DNA of 56,812 nt, filler included, from Catajapyx aquilonaris (lineage: Eukaryota), in assembly GCA_000934665.2 (NCBI GenBank). It is 4 parts of 4 records of this genome, joined end to end, with 100 filler letters (N's around TTAATTAATTAA, not from the genome) between each part and the next. Parts side by side here need not be neighbours in the genome. Positions count along the whole stretch, not along the records: positions 1 to 14,131 come from JYFJ02007880.1; 3 more parts are not named here. The stretch is one strand, 5' to 3'. Below the pieces are notes generated by a model. That model was not told the origin of the DNA. It saw nothing but the letters and a program-made list of their open reading frames with translations, and searched no databases. Shown one piece after another: positions 1-14,231 of the stretch; within the stretch, counting starts at the first letter, position 1; every line of letters begins with the position of its first letter. Both the position numbers and the translations under genes were made by a program.

Positions 1-148
1 CCTCTATTTTCTAAGGTAATACATGCAAAATTTACCTTAGAATAAATTTACCTTAGAATCAATTTACCCAAGAATATTTACCCTACAATGTAAGGTAAAA
101 AATGGCCACTTTCTTACCCTCTCTAAAGAAGGTAAATGGTTAAGAGTG
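1..148. mobile_element. Right half of a second copy of the 5276-5544 MITE (truncated by window start)
   Basis: Closely similar to 5427-5544 (with a short internal insertion) and ends AATGGTTAAGAGTG|TA. Confidence 0.85.
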
Positions 149-945
149 TATAGGAAATTGTCAAATTCTTTCTTGACATTTCAAACATTTGTAAGTCATA
201 AAAACATGTGTTTGCACGAAATTGCATAAATTAAGTTCAATGTGTGATGTAATCTCAGAGCATGCTTGGTGTAAAATGTTTCTTGTAGAGAAGGGTTGTA
301 ACCACATTCCTCTGTCTTTACAGGTGGAGAGAGAAACATGATTTAACGGAGGAGTCAAGGCGAAGAGGACCCTTTTGTGACTGCGTATCAGTGACCTTAT
401 TAGTTCCACCTGAAATTGTGGTCTGTCTTCTTTTTTGAACAATTCGCGCCTCTCCCACATTTAATGAAAACATCGTCGCGCTGTGATGTGCTGAACAAAA
501 GGATCGATCTTTATATATTTTTTTTCTTCCGTGGGTAATTGTGATGATTGTCATGGTGATGGCGTGATTATGATTGTGGTGTGTACTGGCAGACTGGATT
601 GCCTTTGAAAGTGAAGTGAGGGGAAAGGGCTGGAGATTGCTACATACCTCTTCAAGTGTAGTGGATTTTTACGACGGATTATGCCTCGCACAAGCTGAAA
701 GGTGAGAAAACCTACAGTTATTTTGCACTTGTTGATTACAACGGTACAATGCTGGGAAGGTGCGATATGTCACAGAGTTCATCCACATGTTTTCAAAGCA
801 CTTTACACTTTTGTGGATCAGCAAGTATTCTAAGAGAAAATTGTTGGTAAAATGACTAATGCAAACACAACGTTCTTAAACTTGCTTTAGTTCATGACTG
901 TGCTGATCACCTTGTTGAAACAACCCTTTATTCTCAGCCATTAAG

Positions 946-3900
946 ATGAACAGAGACAACATGGCAATAAGAGCCTCCAACAGCAGCGTAAGCACCAGTA
1001 GCGGTGGCATCATCAATACCAAGAACAACAACACCACCACAGCTCACAACAACATCAACAACAGTAAGAGGAAGGATGTGAAGAAGTCCTCCTACTATGT
1101 TTGGTTTTTGGGTGCTAAAGAGAGTGGAGGCCTCCGTGGCAAAGAGTATGTCCGGCCAGCAGTCAAGTACTTCCTGGAGAAAGAACGAGAGGTGGAGCCT
1201 GTAAAGGTCACCCTTCAGGTCAGCGCCAAGGGTCTCAAGATGGTCCAGAGCCCGGCAGCTGGTGACCTTCCAAAGGGAGGTCCTAAAACAGCTCCAGTAA
1301 AACACTTCATCCCGCATCATGCAGTGACATGTGTGGTCCAGGAGGAGGAACCCAACTTGGACATTGTGTCCTGCATCCTTCTTCTGTACAATCCGCTCAC
1401 AAGGTGTCCAGTACACGTACATTCATACCGTTGTGACTCGACTGAAACAGCCTGCATGCTCAAGGCTCAACTGCAGGCCTTGGCTGAGAGACCAGACAAC
1501 CAGAGGAAGTTCCAGGCCATTGAGGCACGTCTTCAGGCCAAAGGACTGCTGTCACCTCTCAAGAATTCCTCGAGGTAAGTGATGATGACTGGACGGTTGT
1601 AATGATTCCTAATGTTCTTTGTCGAATAGCAGTGCGGATTCGTGCAGCTCAGATGGAAAATCAGTGGCGGTACCGAGTGCGGACAGGATTGCCAATCTGT
1701 ATGACTCCTTAGCAGCTGAATTGAGAGAGAAATTGAATGCCAGATCAGGACGACACAGCTCAGGAAGTCCTCAGGCACCGCCAATATTACTGCCTCCTAG
1801 AGACTATGACACTATCCATCGGCAGAGGGGCAATTTGCGTGGTATCGAAAGTCGTCGGTGTCTCACAGCAGCAGTGGTTGGGGTCATGGGCGCCCATCCT
1901 ACCACCATCCCCAATATTAACGAGGATTCCAGCGGGAAGTCCAGTGGGATTGGTTCTGACGATGCTCCAAGCCCTGTTCATCAAAGGCCATTCCATCCTG
2001 GAGACCTCCAAGCACACAGCAGCTCAGGTAAGTTGTAAATCCTTTATACTTCAAAAATAGGTGTCGACAGAGAAACTCCGTGCAAAAGAGGCGCGGTTGG
2101 TGCCGCATGAAAATTTATGGTCATGTGAGCTATTTAATTGCACTTTCACGAGTCATAGAACTGCGCCCGCCGAAAGGAAACTCCCTGACAGGAAGTGGAG
2201 GAATCAGACGAGCAACATCACGACTTATAACACTTTTGCCTCATTTGACTGCATTCAAAGCCTTCCACCAAGGCTGAAGTGGGAGAGCCGACCTCTATAA
2301 TGACGTGGGCAGGTACATCTAAAGGGTTGATGAGCTCAGAGATTCAGCGGATGTGTCGCCAGACACACACGCCTATTCCTATCTGATCAGTGGGCCTATC
2401 TGAGCTACTTAGGCAGAGTCGAGGAAGCATGTCCAAGGCAACAACATACTGCCCCATTCCCACAGCTCTCTCTCTTGGACTTATGGTGGGGTTGCTTAAT
2501 TCTGTAAAGTGGCATCTGTCCGGAAGGGCAACCCAATTGATTGCCAACGCCATCGCCAATTGTGTCCTTAGAGGATGTCTCGGTTGAATCACTGAATGGA
2601 AGAAGGCAGTTCTTGCAGAAAATGGTGGGCACACAAGCACCGATTTCACTTCGACCAGGCGACCATTGCAACACTCTGGGAATCCGAACTCCCATGCTGA
2701 GAAAGCCAGGAAACTTGAGCAATTGCTTAACTGGTGTGGGGGGGCCTCCCCATTCATAAGATAAAATTCCGCTCGAAAATTGCATACCACCAGATGTAAC
2801 AAGAGGGTTGCTTAAATATTGTGGGCAGACCGGCCCACGTCAGGGTTTGGCGAGATGAGGAAAATTGGGAGTAACGGTGCTGTAAAAGTTTAATTAAAAT
2901 GTAACGGCAGGTAAAATGAATTGGTTCAGCATTTCTCATCTTGTAAATGAAAAACTGTCTTCGTATGTTGGAGATATGACAGCAATTTTCCGCATGCAAC
3001 AAGTAAGCACAATAATGCTTATTTGTGGCATTCAGCAATATCAATACATAGGTAATTCGGTATTTAGCAGGTGTAATTTTTTTGTTGAATATCATTACAT
3101 CATGCATTTCTTAGCAGCATCATGAACGACAGAAATATATTATGACTACCTGCAAACACACCTTAAATGATTAGAAAATATGACTTGTTCTCACCTTGAA
3201 ATCAGTGGTAAAAAAAAAGTCATTAATCGTCATTTAGATGTTACGACCTGCCTCGTTGACGTGCCAAAGCGCGTAACTAATGTGTGCCTAAGTGTACTTG
3301 TCACATTCGATAGGTTACTCAGGTGTCTGTTATAGCCTAACACAAGCCCTCGTAAACAAGCTATAAAATTAAGTAATGTAATGCTGAGTAATCTGACATT
3401 AAATATTTAAAACACCTCACACACTCACATCATAAGATTATTTACACCGCCATTCTTCGCCATTCTTCTGTACTATAATTTTGCGTAGGCTGTTATTGTC
3501 CCCATCTTACGTGTTTCACGCATGCTGTAAGTCCGGAATGTGAGACGCTGTGGGCGTTGAAGTGACCGCATTTTTTAACGCTACTACTCAGCATGAGCAT
3601 GACACGTGTGTAACAAACGAATGTACAAATACACACACCCACTCAGACACTAAAAACCCAATACTGATCACAATCCTCCTATTACAGAATTTGGCAATTG
3701 GGACATTGTTCTATTGTCAAAATGTGTACTTACGCAACTTAGACTTCACCTAAAGAATGTGCGTGTTGCGTAACGCATAATTGGCATGTAAAATAATCAA
3801 CCAAATAATAATACGCACTGCCCTTGGCAAGTACAAGGTTAATCTTCACGCCCCAAAACGAGTTATCCAGAAACATAGGGTTAGAAGACACGATCAGTGT

Positions 3901-6900
3901 GTAAGTCAACCTTGATCATGATGAAGCTAAGTGTTGCGAGACTTTCAGACAATGTAGAAGGGATTAGGAGGGCAATGGAAGTGGGTCAGGTGATCGGGGT
4001 TATGAGGCACCTGATCGGAATGGACGCTTCGAGATGTACGAAAGGTACTCATGGGGTCATTGGGAGTGGTCAATCTCATCCGTTACAGTACTTGTTGCAC
4101 CAGCTGACCTTGCTGATGTTGAAGAAACAAAAAAGAATAAAATTGGGGTGGGTGTAGCCAGAAGCTTGGGCGGTACACGAGAAAGCTTGTTGCAAGGTCA
4201 CTCTGGTCGGTTACACACCACTGTACATTAGAGGAATTCATAACAAATGTTCTGTCCAATAGATGACCAACTGAAAGTGTAGCAGTTCGTTGGACATCCT
4301 TAGAAATGACCCTTCTTGCACCTGAGGGACTAACGGTAGTTAACGGTTCTTTCAAGTTTGTTCCAGGTTGTACCAAAAGCACAGTGTCACTAATAGCAAC
4401 TATTTTTTAAAAAAACTACTCTCTACTCACTCTGGCGTTGAAGTCACCCAGGGTAGAAATTATCACCTTGAGTTTGAATTACAGTTAACACCATAAAAAG
4501 TTACACCATGGCTAAATATGTCAAAAAATCACTCAGCCTTTCGTGCAGTCACACCCTCTTGAAACAATGCAAAAAAAAAGTGATGTTTATAGCGAAAAAA
4601 GCCGTTTGTTAGGAAATATGGATGAGGAGCTCTGAACCTAGAGCACAGTCAGAATCGCCATGGAAACGAACGGATAGACAAGTTGTAAGTTGCGTGACGG
4701 CATCGACCATTGCAGAATAACGGTAGACATGGACGGAAACGACGTCATGGAAAGAAGACTCGTTTTGGTCTCGAGTTCCAGAATATTGCGATGTCTTGAC
4801 CCAACCATTATATAGTGACACAATATTAGCCAACAAATAGCCGTTCCATGACTGCATATGGCGTCGACTAAGAAATTAAATGGCAGTTGAATCTGCACAT
4901 CACGAATTCAGGCTAAATAATATCACGGTCGAGGGGGGGTCTCTATTCAACTCGCGGAAAGTAATAATAACGACAACAATCTCATTCCACTGACCTCTTT
5001 TTAAGAGGAAAAATAATCCACAAAGAGATGGAGGGGGGTTAGAGAAGAAAAAAAATGGCGCTAGAGGGCAATTTTTTATTAGAGCGTGCAAACTGAACGG
5101 CGCCCTTTCTTTGGCCTTTGTACAGTTTGGTAAGATTTGGAGGACTGAAACTGGAGGAATTAATTGTTTTATAGTAGGGGCTATTTGAAACAGTAAAGGT
5201 GAACGAAGGCTANTGTAATGTCGGTTCAATGTTATTAAATGCCGAATATCAATTTTCCGGATTTGCTCAAGTGTACACTCTTAACCATTTACCTTCTCTA
5301 GAGAGGGTAAGAAAGTGGCAATTTTTTTACCTTACATTGTAGGGTAAATATTCTTGGGTAAATTCTAAGGTAAATTTTGCATGTATTACCTTAGAAAATA
5401 GAAGGTAAAAAATTGCCTCTTTTTACCCTCTATTTTCTAAGGTAATACATGCAAAATTTACCTTAGAATCAATTTACCCTACAATGTAAGGTAAAAAATG
5501 GCCACTTTCTTACCCTCTCTAGAGAAGGTAAATGGTTAAGAGTGTATGTTATGAAGTATATATTTTATGGAGCTCATTGACTCAGATATTATCATAAAGA
5601 ATACTGATAGCCCTGAAATTAATTAGCCACTAGTTACTCCTTTGCTAAGTAATTGTCCTCTTAGGATAAAATAGTGCAATTAAACAAATTAAATGTAGCA
5701 AAATGAATTAATAAATTCTTATGAAATGGAATGATAATGGCTATTTCTAAATTGAAGGCCAGTGAGACCGTTAACAAAATGTTGTTTCCGGCAGGATATG
5801 GCTGGAATTTTATGTATAGGTGTTCCATTTCTGACTGTGAAATATTTACATCGCAATATATTACGCAAGCACATTTAATTAAACAAATAAATAATAAGTT
5901 ATTTGGCAACATCAGATAGGCTATCCTGAATCTCATCCTTCCTATCTGCACTACTTTACATACATTTCCATAAAGCAAAATAGGCAGGTTTAGTTTAAAA
6001 TTCCGGCACATCGTTACTGCAATGATAGTTCGTGAAAGAAAAAAACTTCCGCTCTGTTGGTTTCTAAGCCTTCCTGAGTGGCACTTACAACCAACATAAA
6101 AGCATATTTGCATACAAGTACACTGGTAACTTCTGAAAAGCCCCCACGCTCCATACTTCCTCACATGTCCTTTTCACACGCAACCTTTAAATTCTATACA
6201 CATAACATACAGGATATGATAGATCCAGCACGTTGGCACCTGCAAAAAAAAAAACTATGTGCCTAGTAATTAGAGTAGGAAAATCCGTCTGAGGAAAGTG
6301 ACGGGGAGGTGTATAAAGAAATGTCACTTTTCGTGTGAAAAGCTTGTCGTGACTGAAAAATACTGGGGATGAAAAAGGAAAGGAAAACTTTTTCCGAGGT
6401 TTGGGTAAAAACAAAACAAATAGCTTGCCAACAGGCATAGAGGTTGACTTGTAGGATTACTTTGCCTATAACACAGGTGAGATCATGACCCAAATTCCGA
6501 CCACATTCTGGCAAGTTTTGCATGTAGGTAGTGCCTCAGTTCCCATGTCATAGTATAGCATGTAGGGCTTGTACGTGATTTATCGCCAAATGCACATCCA
6601 TTTGACTAATGGCTTACTTGTTCTAGTATTGAGGAGCATTGTTGAAGAGAGTATTGTGACCAAAATGCGGCCATTATCTGGCACTATTCTTAAATAATGG
6701 GTTAGGAGTGCCATTGGTATAAGACACGCTGGTCGCTGCGGGTGTGACTATAATTCGGCGAAGTTTAGACCTTTTATTCGGTGTTCCGTTACCTAAAAGC
6801 CGTTATAACGGACGACGCCAAAGAAAATTTTCATAGCCAATGGCGTGTCGCCATAAATATGTTCCTTCATGCCTGTCACTTGACATGTATCGAACGAATG

Positions 6901-8423
6901 TAAGTTATTTCACGTTACAATTAGCAGACCTTTATACTAAATTTACACTACTTGATCGGGGTCTAGTCCACACAATATTGACCTTACCGTACAATTTTGC
7001 CCTTATTGGTACATAAACAATAGTTTAGGAATAGTAACAATTAGAGGTCCTGAATCTAGAGATGGTAAAGGGTTGAGGCCATGGGGGCGTCCAAGATGGA
7101 GTCGAGTTCAGTCGGTCAGCGCAACCAACGCGGTCACTTCCGGCAGCCAAAGGCGCCACCTGTCCCAATTCTTTGTTCAGATTGGCGCCACTGAACAGTG
7201 TCCAATTTTGGGGCCAACAAGGACACTACTCGGTGTTGCATCGCCGTTGGCCTTGGTTCGCCGGTTCCGTCTTATGCATATCTTGTTGATACGCATTTCT
7301 GTTGAGTTGTCAGTGATACAGTTGTGGAACCTTTTATTTTCCCTTTCTAGTCATAGTGCGTCACACTATCACATAACCCTGTATGCATTACCGAAACGTT
7401 GCGCTATTCCGACCGTGGCTCTGAAAATTTGACGGTGCCAAGGACTTGATTTTATCTACATGGTAGTGCATAACTTGAGACATGTTGCAATATGTTGCTA
7501 ACCAGAGATGAATGTTTCTTCTTGATTTGAATGTTGGCTTTCTTCATGTTGTTGTCTAAATAATGACATCATTTGCTGATTTGGCATATGATCCTTCCTA
7601 GTCACGTACCACCCTGTACACAGCCGAACCTTGAGTTGTATGATGTCCTTACACACTAGCTTCACAAATCTCAATTAAGGAACAGTGTGCGACCTGTGAT
7701 TAGCAGCAAGACACGCAGACATCGAAGGAGAATTTTCATACATTATTCTAAAAACGTGTCTGTCCAGTCGGAGTCAAGCACGTTCCCAACCGGTTTTATA
7801 TCCAAGAGATTGCAAGGTTGCTTAGCATCTTTTGCTTGCCTACCAAGATATGTGGAGTTCATCCAGTCCACAATGTAATGCCACATGTATATGACTGCAA
7901 TGCCCCATCCTAACAGAAGCGGCCTTGGCTTTTCCGTGCCTATAGTTTCCAAGGTCGACTTTTCGCATTTTGGCCCAAACAGTAACGACCTAATGTTAAG
8001 TTCATTCTTTTCTGCTGACGAAGCAACCTTAGCCTCAAAAAAAAAAAGGTGCATGTTTCCACTGATAAATGGTACCATGACTTCCAAGTGAATATGAGTT
8101 AATGGCTGTAATTACTGGCTTGGAAATCGAGAGGAGACACGGTGCAGTCACTGCACGTAATTTTCCGTCATGACATTAACAGGGGTTGGCAGGTTAATAA
8201 TGGGAGTTCATACGAGTAAAATATTTGTAGCATAAATTTTTTCAGTTGTAAAATATGAAATATTCAATATGACAAAGTGGGTCGTGGCAGATACTATTAC
8301 TATTACTCACCGCTATTCCGTTCAGAAAATATTCATGTTTACTGTTAAAATAAACAAAACCTACAATTTGGGTGGAGTTTTGCGTGCTTCCTAAGTTTTA
8401 CATGGCTGAGAAGTTGAGATGGG

Positions 8424-8489
<66 letters not shown>

Positions 8490-10093
8490 CACATATACAA
8501 TGGATGAAGTCAACGACTGAGACTTTGCTAACATAAGAGAGTACGCAAAAGGGACACTTTGGGTGCATCGTGCACTTGGTGGAATTAGCTGGAAGATCCG
8601 GATTGAGGGCTTCGGCCCCTTTTCTTCTATTACGAGAAAACAGTCACGACTTTTCCGGCGCCTCACATCCTAACTACCACAACCATTTTTATGTTTCTAG
8701 AAAATAAGACTTTTTTTCTTGCAGTTCAAATGCGCTAAAAGCACGCTTTCTCTGATTGCAGACGAAGAGTGGGCTGAGCACAGTCATCCTGAAGCCATAT
8801 CTCCTCAAGACTTGATATTGGTGCAACCTTTGTGGCAACAAAGGTCACAGGTATGGTTTAAACAAAGGCATTGACATCAATATCATACTAATGTCATAAT
8901 ATTTGTAGAAATCTTCGTCATCACGTTCGGCTGAAGCTGTGGAGGTACCGTCATCGCAGAATCGTCGTAGGCCCGAAAATCGACAACTGCGACCACCGTC
9001 ACCACAACCATCATCATTGTCTCCAAGAGAGAGATTTCATGATGCTAAGGAGAAGTTTCAACGCCTGGAAGAGCAAGAGAAGATGTTGCAGAAGGTTTGT
9101 TCAGCACTTCTAAAGACTATGAGTTACTACAACTATTTTCTTACATTTTAGGCCTCGCTGGAGCGTAACCCATCACGCCATCACCACCACCAAAAGCAAC
9201 ACGCACACCACACAAAAGGAGACCAGTATGCCTACAACCACGACACCGGTTACGCCTCCAGTGGCGGAAAGGACCGTAAGTCACGCGACTTTTCTCCAGA
9301 AGAAGACGAAGGCCGAAGTCGTCACCAGCAACAGAAGCAACATCAACGAGTCCTACGAAGTCAGTCTTCCCACGAATATAGCAGGCGACGACGCAGGAAG
9401 AGTCCACGAGACACTCCCGAGTTTGACGACGATGCAGAAGATCAGGAGTTGGAGAAGAGGAGTCCTCGACGTCGAAACCCCAAATGTGATCAGTCCAACA
9501 GTCGCAGAGACAGCTGGAAGGACGAAAAACCTGCCACAGCCGAAGAAGTTTTTCGAGCCCGTTCTCGTCACAGTATGGTTGAAAATATGGAACAGAGTAT
9601 GAGGGCAGCTTGGAACAAAAGAGATGAAGGCTACCAATTTTACCCTCCTGAGGCTGCATTTCATGTACCAAGAGTCGAACGCAGACAGCCTGTATCTGAC
9701 CCGATGGAAAAAGACCTTCGAAGAAGGTCTGGAGGGTACATTCAGAACAAGCCAACCAACAAGTCCTTAGGCAGAGAATCCAGCTTGAGCAGCAGCAACA
9801 CCACGGGAACTACCCAGTCTAGCAACAATTCAGCAGGTTCCTATCACGAACTGGCAGACCACGAAAGGTACCCAGGGCTAGACAGGGAGACTGCTAGGGT
9901 GCACCATCATTATCCTGCAGCGGATTACCGACACCACCACCATCCTTTGACGTCTCACCCGCCTCCGGAGATGGCCATGGAGGATCATCGTAGGAATTTT
10001 CGACATAGCTTTGCTGCGGCTGATTATATGCGGAATGGGCCATTGCCAGTACCCAGGTTGGGATTGCCAGCGGCTGCGTTTCATCGGTTTTGA
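946..10093 (+). CDS. PTB/PID (phosphotyrosine-interaction) domain protein, 5 coding exons, ~747 aa, long low-complexity C-terminal region
   Basis: Exons 946-1574, 1630-2027, 8762-8850, 8909-9094 and 9152-10093 are all GT-AG and phase-consistent (2,1,0,0), giving 2244 nt ending in TGA. Exon 1 encodes YYVWFLGAKES...VKVTLQVSAKGLKM...HFIPHHAVTCVVQ...VHVHSYRCDSTETA, a PTB-domain-like pattern. Extra small exons inside the 6.7 kb intron cannot be excluded. Confidence 0.85.
5276..5544. mobile_element. Palindromic MITE with TA target-site duplication
   Basis: TA|CACTCTTAACCATTTACCTTCTCTAGAGAGGGTAAG...CTTACCCTCTCTAGAGAAGGTAAATGGTTAAGAGTG|TA; the arms extend almost to the centre. Confidence 0.85.
8426..8486. 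repeat. (AC)n microsatellite, ~30 units
   Basis: Uninterrupted AC run in the PTB gene intron. Confidence 0.97.
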
Positions 10094-12357
10094 TCGAAAC
10101 AATGGCAACAATGGGACAGAGAAATTTTGTTTTGTAGAAAGACAATGTTGATTAGGGTGACTGCATAAGCTATTGAGAAGGAGCATGCTGTAATTGTAAC
10201 CACGATGTCATGACCAAGATCCACCCTTTCACTGAGATGAATCGTGTTCTTCAGAGGTGGTATAAAAAAAAACAGGGTCATTCTTGTATGCAGATTTTTT
10301 CTTATTGAATATGGTCGATCACAATGCCGGTTTTGAATTTCACTGACCTTCACAGCTCAATGTCTTCTGCTTAACAGGTTAACATTTAGAAAGTACATTT
10401 ATAGTGAAAAAATACACGTAACAACTGACTGTTATGACAAAATCTGTACTCGTAACTATATGGTGAAAGCCCAAATTACTGGCCTACTACAAGTCCCCCA
10501 ACACAAGAGTCACCTCTCTCTGTCTGTACTAATCTCCCCTTCTCTTCTCTATACGTATGCTCTCTCACATTCACCCAAACTGATCAACTCGTCAGTCTGC
10601 CTTTCACTTATGGAAGTGTTGCCAAAAGCTACAAGGAGCATAAATAGTCAAGGAAAAAAATAATATTAATATTGAAAAAACTTGGTGTAAACAGGTGCGC
10701 TGTGGACAATTTCGTGCACAACAGCCCCGTGTTTTCTTATGAGGAAACTATGGAGATGGGAAAAGCAGGAAGAAACGTGTGCCTAGCACGCGATTATGTG
10801 TCCAGGATGATGATTTCAGAAATATATGGGTGTAGGACCAGGTGTGCGGTGGGTGTTGTGTAGTGACCGCTTGCAAAAAAAAATGTGCATCAGGAAGGCA
10901 GATTGTTGAGGAGCTGGTGCCTGTTGAAGAATAAATATGCGAGGCGATAATATTACCACATGTTTAATATTATGTATTACCTCACATCACATGTGAAAAA
11001 GTTGCTTATCACGAGATTTTGGTTCCTGGATGGAAAAAAATAGATGGTGGGAAATTATGATGAAAACTTGGGATTCTATCGCCGCATCCTTCTTGTTACA
11101 GAAGATATTAATTATAACACAACGGATATCCTTTGGAATTTGCAGTGTTGGGTCCATGGTGTGCTAAAACGAGATTTCTTTCAAATTTTAAGAGTAATGA
11201 CCCCAATTTTTAGAGCTTTTTTTAAAAAAAATGTGGTGGCTTGTGAGTAGCATAATCAGAATTTAAAACAGCTTTTTAAAAAAACTCGATATCATTACAG
11301 AGAGTCATTTTGTGGTAGTAATTGCAGAGTAAGAATCCGGAAAGTAAAGTTTCGAGGGGGGGTTGTTGGCCTTTTCAGAGCCACTCATTTCTTCCCAGTA
11401 TTCACAACTGCACCGAAGCACACACCCACATGGATAATACCCTCTTTACACATTCCAAGCACGAGCATTTCGTACATTTTTTTTTTTGCTCAGGTGCAAC
11501 TGAGAACAAACATTGCTGATTGGCTTGCTTGCTTCCCCATCATTTAGACCAGATAATTTATCTGCTATTTCTGATACCAACTATTGGACAACTTTCGACT
11601 AATAGATAATAATGCATGAAAATAATATGGGGCTGACTTTTGGAAAATTTGAAATACATGTTAAAGTTGTCCAATCTACTTCCCCATCGTCTCGTGCAGG
11701 TTATTGTTGTTGAATTTGTTTGTATATTTAAATGGACGAATTTTATGGGTGACTTAGGTCAAACTTTGTCTTCTGGATGGAATTAGTTTCCTAATTATCC
11801 AACTGATTATATCCCTCCGCTACTGTACTGAACGCTCACAAGCTTGCCAAATAATGTTAGCAACCAAGGCGGATAGTGCTGGCGTAAAAAAAATTGTATT
11901 ATAGTGCGGAAGAATAATACTATTGTACGTGCAGTGATGTAGCTCAGACAGGTGTGAATGACGTCATGTGATTGATGAATAAATAAGCAAATGAGCTCTA
12001 GAATCCACTTTTTTTGACTTCGTCTCGATCAGTTAGCCAGTTAGTGGTTATGCCGGTTATACGACTTCACCTGCTGCAGCGTGGTCCTCTGTATGTACCG
12101 TTCGTGTGACGTATTTTTATGCAATCTTTTATAATTATGTACTATGGTCTTGTGGAAAAATGATGTTGCGTCCCATTTATTTTATAAAAGCAGACGGAGA
12201 TGAAGACTATTACCTGTAGCGGATACAAGGTAGGTTGTAAGTGGCTTTATTTATTTACACTTAATTAATAGTATAAGTTTTTTCAGTCATTAGCCCGTCT
12301 TGCAGTGGCGCTCTTTTTTTACAATAAGTACATGCGCAAAGGAGTGTGAGTATCGAG

Positions 12358-12425
12358 GTAGCGCTGTGGTCTAGTGGGTAAGCCACTCACTTCGTAACCT
12401 GAAGGTTGCAGGATCGAATCCTGAA
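12358..12425 (+). mobile_element. tRNA-derived SINE head / tRNA pseudogene
   Basis: A-box-like TGGTCTAGTGG and B-box-like GGATCGAATCC at tRNA spacing; stems pair poorly. Confidence 0.5.
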
Positions 12426-12557
12426 AAAAAGACACCGTTTCCTTTTATCGCTATGGACCTTTCTTGCTGCTACTTTATCTGACATTTCACATTTATTTCT
12501 CTTTGAAGTGCATCTGGTAAATAGGCTAGACCTTCTGTACTCCCACAATTTCGTTCA

Positions 12558-12628
12558 GTAGAGCGTGGCTCTACGGTAACGCATCAGACTCTCAATCGGG
12601 AGATGCGGGTTCAAATCCCGAATCTCCA
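12558..12628 (+). mobile_element. tRNA-derived SINE head / tRNA pseudogene (CTC in anticodon-like loop)
   Basis: TGGCTCTACGG A-box-like, GGTTCAAATCC B box with a CGGG/CCCG T stem, ending TCTCCA; acceptor and anticodon stems are mismatched. Confidence 0.5.
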
Positions 12629-12922
12629 TGGTTGAGAGTCAGAAAAAAAATATTTGCAGCCGTCATCTCTGGCCAAGATGGCGACTGTTCCTTCGCAGTT
12701 TCCCCAACACTTCTTCAGAGGTGTCAGAGGAGCAGCGAAGAGGGGGGGGGGGAGGGGTGGAGAGGGGGAAGAAAGGGTGGGAGGGGAGAAATTTTTTTTG
12801 GAAATTTTTAAGACACCTGCTTAATGGGAGGGGGCGGTCACTTTTTTCGAAGAAAAATGTCTTAAATTTAATCATTCAAAAATTGAAGAATTCAGGTTTG
12901 TGTGGGCCATCCCCAGCCCCCA

Positions 12923-13898
12923 CCCTGCCACTGCCCAAGTGGGTGCATTTACCTTATACCTGGGAGTTCCATTCTCAAACCTATCACTCCCCCAAATATT
13001 TAACTCTACAATTTAAACTATAGATCCAATAAATTCACCAGCACATGCAAATTAATCAGCACGCTTTTTAGGTCATTTCCAATGGTTTGTTGCAGCCTGA
13101 CCTTTGACCTGAAAGGCCCTAATATTAGGTTTTTGGTCTGGGGGCAGGCCCAACCTCGGTCTCCATCTGTCGGGTCTTTCGTAATGAGACTGTACAGAGT
13201 ACAGTACATAGATATACAGTATATCTCTATGTGAGGGTAGTATGCCCCTAGGCAAATGTACAGTCCCAGTTGGAGCTGGTATCAGCATGAATGTGACGTA
13301 GGCGAGTGGTCACCTCTTGGGGTATTCAGGACGGACATTCGGCATCACCGTTTCGTGGCATTGCTCTATGGATTAATAAAATAATAAATCCCCACCCGCT
13401 TCTGCCGTGGGTGGAGATGCGCATATTGTCGACGCGGTTTTACATAGGCAAATTTTCGTGTAGGCTTGGTCACCGTCCTGTCTCTTTGACCTTATTTACA
13501 TTCCCCCCTTTCCACCCCCCTCCCCGCTACCCACAAGGACAGGCGGACTGCTACATTTGGCTAGCAGGCTAGGGGCATACTACCTCACATCGAGAGATAT
13601 ACTGTATATCTAAGTACTGTGCTTTGTACCGTCTCATTACGAGAGATCCGACAGATGGAGACCGAGGTAGGGCCTGGCCCCAGACCAAAAACCTAATATT
13701 AGGGCCTTTCAGGTCAAAGGTCAGGCGGCAACAAACCATTGAAAATCACCTAAAAAGTGAGCCGAATCATTTGCATGTAGTGGTGATTTGATTGGACCTA
13801 TAGTTTAAATTGTAGTCTTAAATATTTGGGGGGATGATAGGTTTGAAAATGGAACTCCCTGGTATAAGGTAAATGCACCCACTTGGGCAGCGGTAGGG
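12923..13898. mobile_element. Non-autonomous DNA element with ~330-bp terminal inverted repeats
   Basis: 12923-13251 is the diverged reverse complement of ~13569-13898 (CCCTGCCACTGCCCAAGTGGGTGCATTTACCTTATACC / GGTATAAGGTAAATGCACCCACTTGGGCAGCGGTAGGG), with a ~320-bp non-coding spacer. No clear TSD. Confidence 0.8.
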
Positions 13899-14131
13899 AA
13901 CTTGCCTCGATTCAAGATGGCCGCCCTGTCAGATATTTATCTCGAAGCGATGCTGAGGAATTCGGGTGCTTGGTCATAATTGGGGACTTGGGGACGGGGT
14001 GCTTGGGAGAATATCCCACCCCCGTCCCTGGGTTGGACCCGGCATTGCAGTACAGCCGGGTCCAGCCCTCCTCTCCCCCACCCTTCTCACCCACCCCTAC
14101 CTTGCAATCCCACTCCTTCCTCTCCTACCCC

Positions 14132-14231
14132 NNNNNNNNNNNNNNNNNNNNNNNNNNNNNNNNNNNNNNNNNNNNTTAATTAATTAANNNNNNNNNNNNN
14201 NNNNNNNNNNNNNNNNNNNNNNNNNNNNNNN
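14132..14231. other. Synthetic 100-nt contig spacer
   Basis: N44-TTAATTAATTAA-N44 (stop codons in all six frames). Confidence 0.97.

Noticed and set aside
934..2108. Overlapping antisense and alternate-frame ORFs over the PTB exons (likewise 9141-10186 and those over the chitinase exons)
   Set aside because: Shadow ORFs of real GC-richer coding exons with no independent protein features.
10670..10900. Possible Penelope-like fragment on the minus strand
   Set aside because: Only vague similarity across stops and frameshifts.
14176..14187. TTAATTAATTAA as a biological motif (also 28388-28399 and 42659-42670)
   Set aside because: Centred in identical N-padded 100-nt blocks, so it is an artificial linker.
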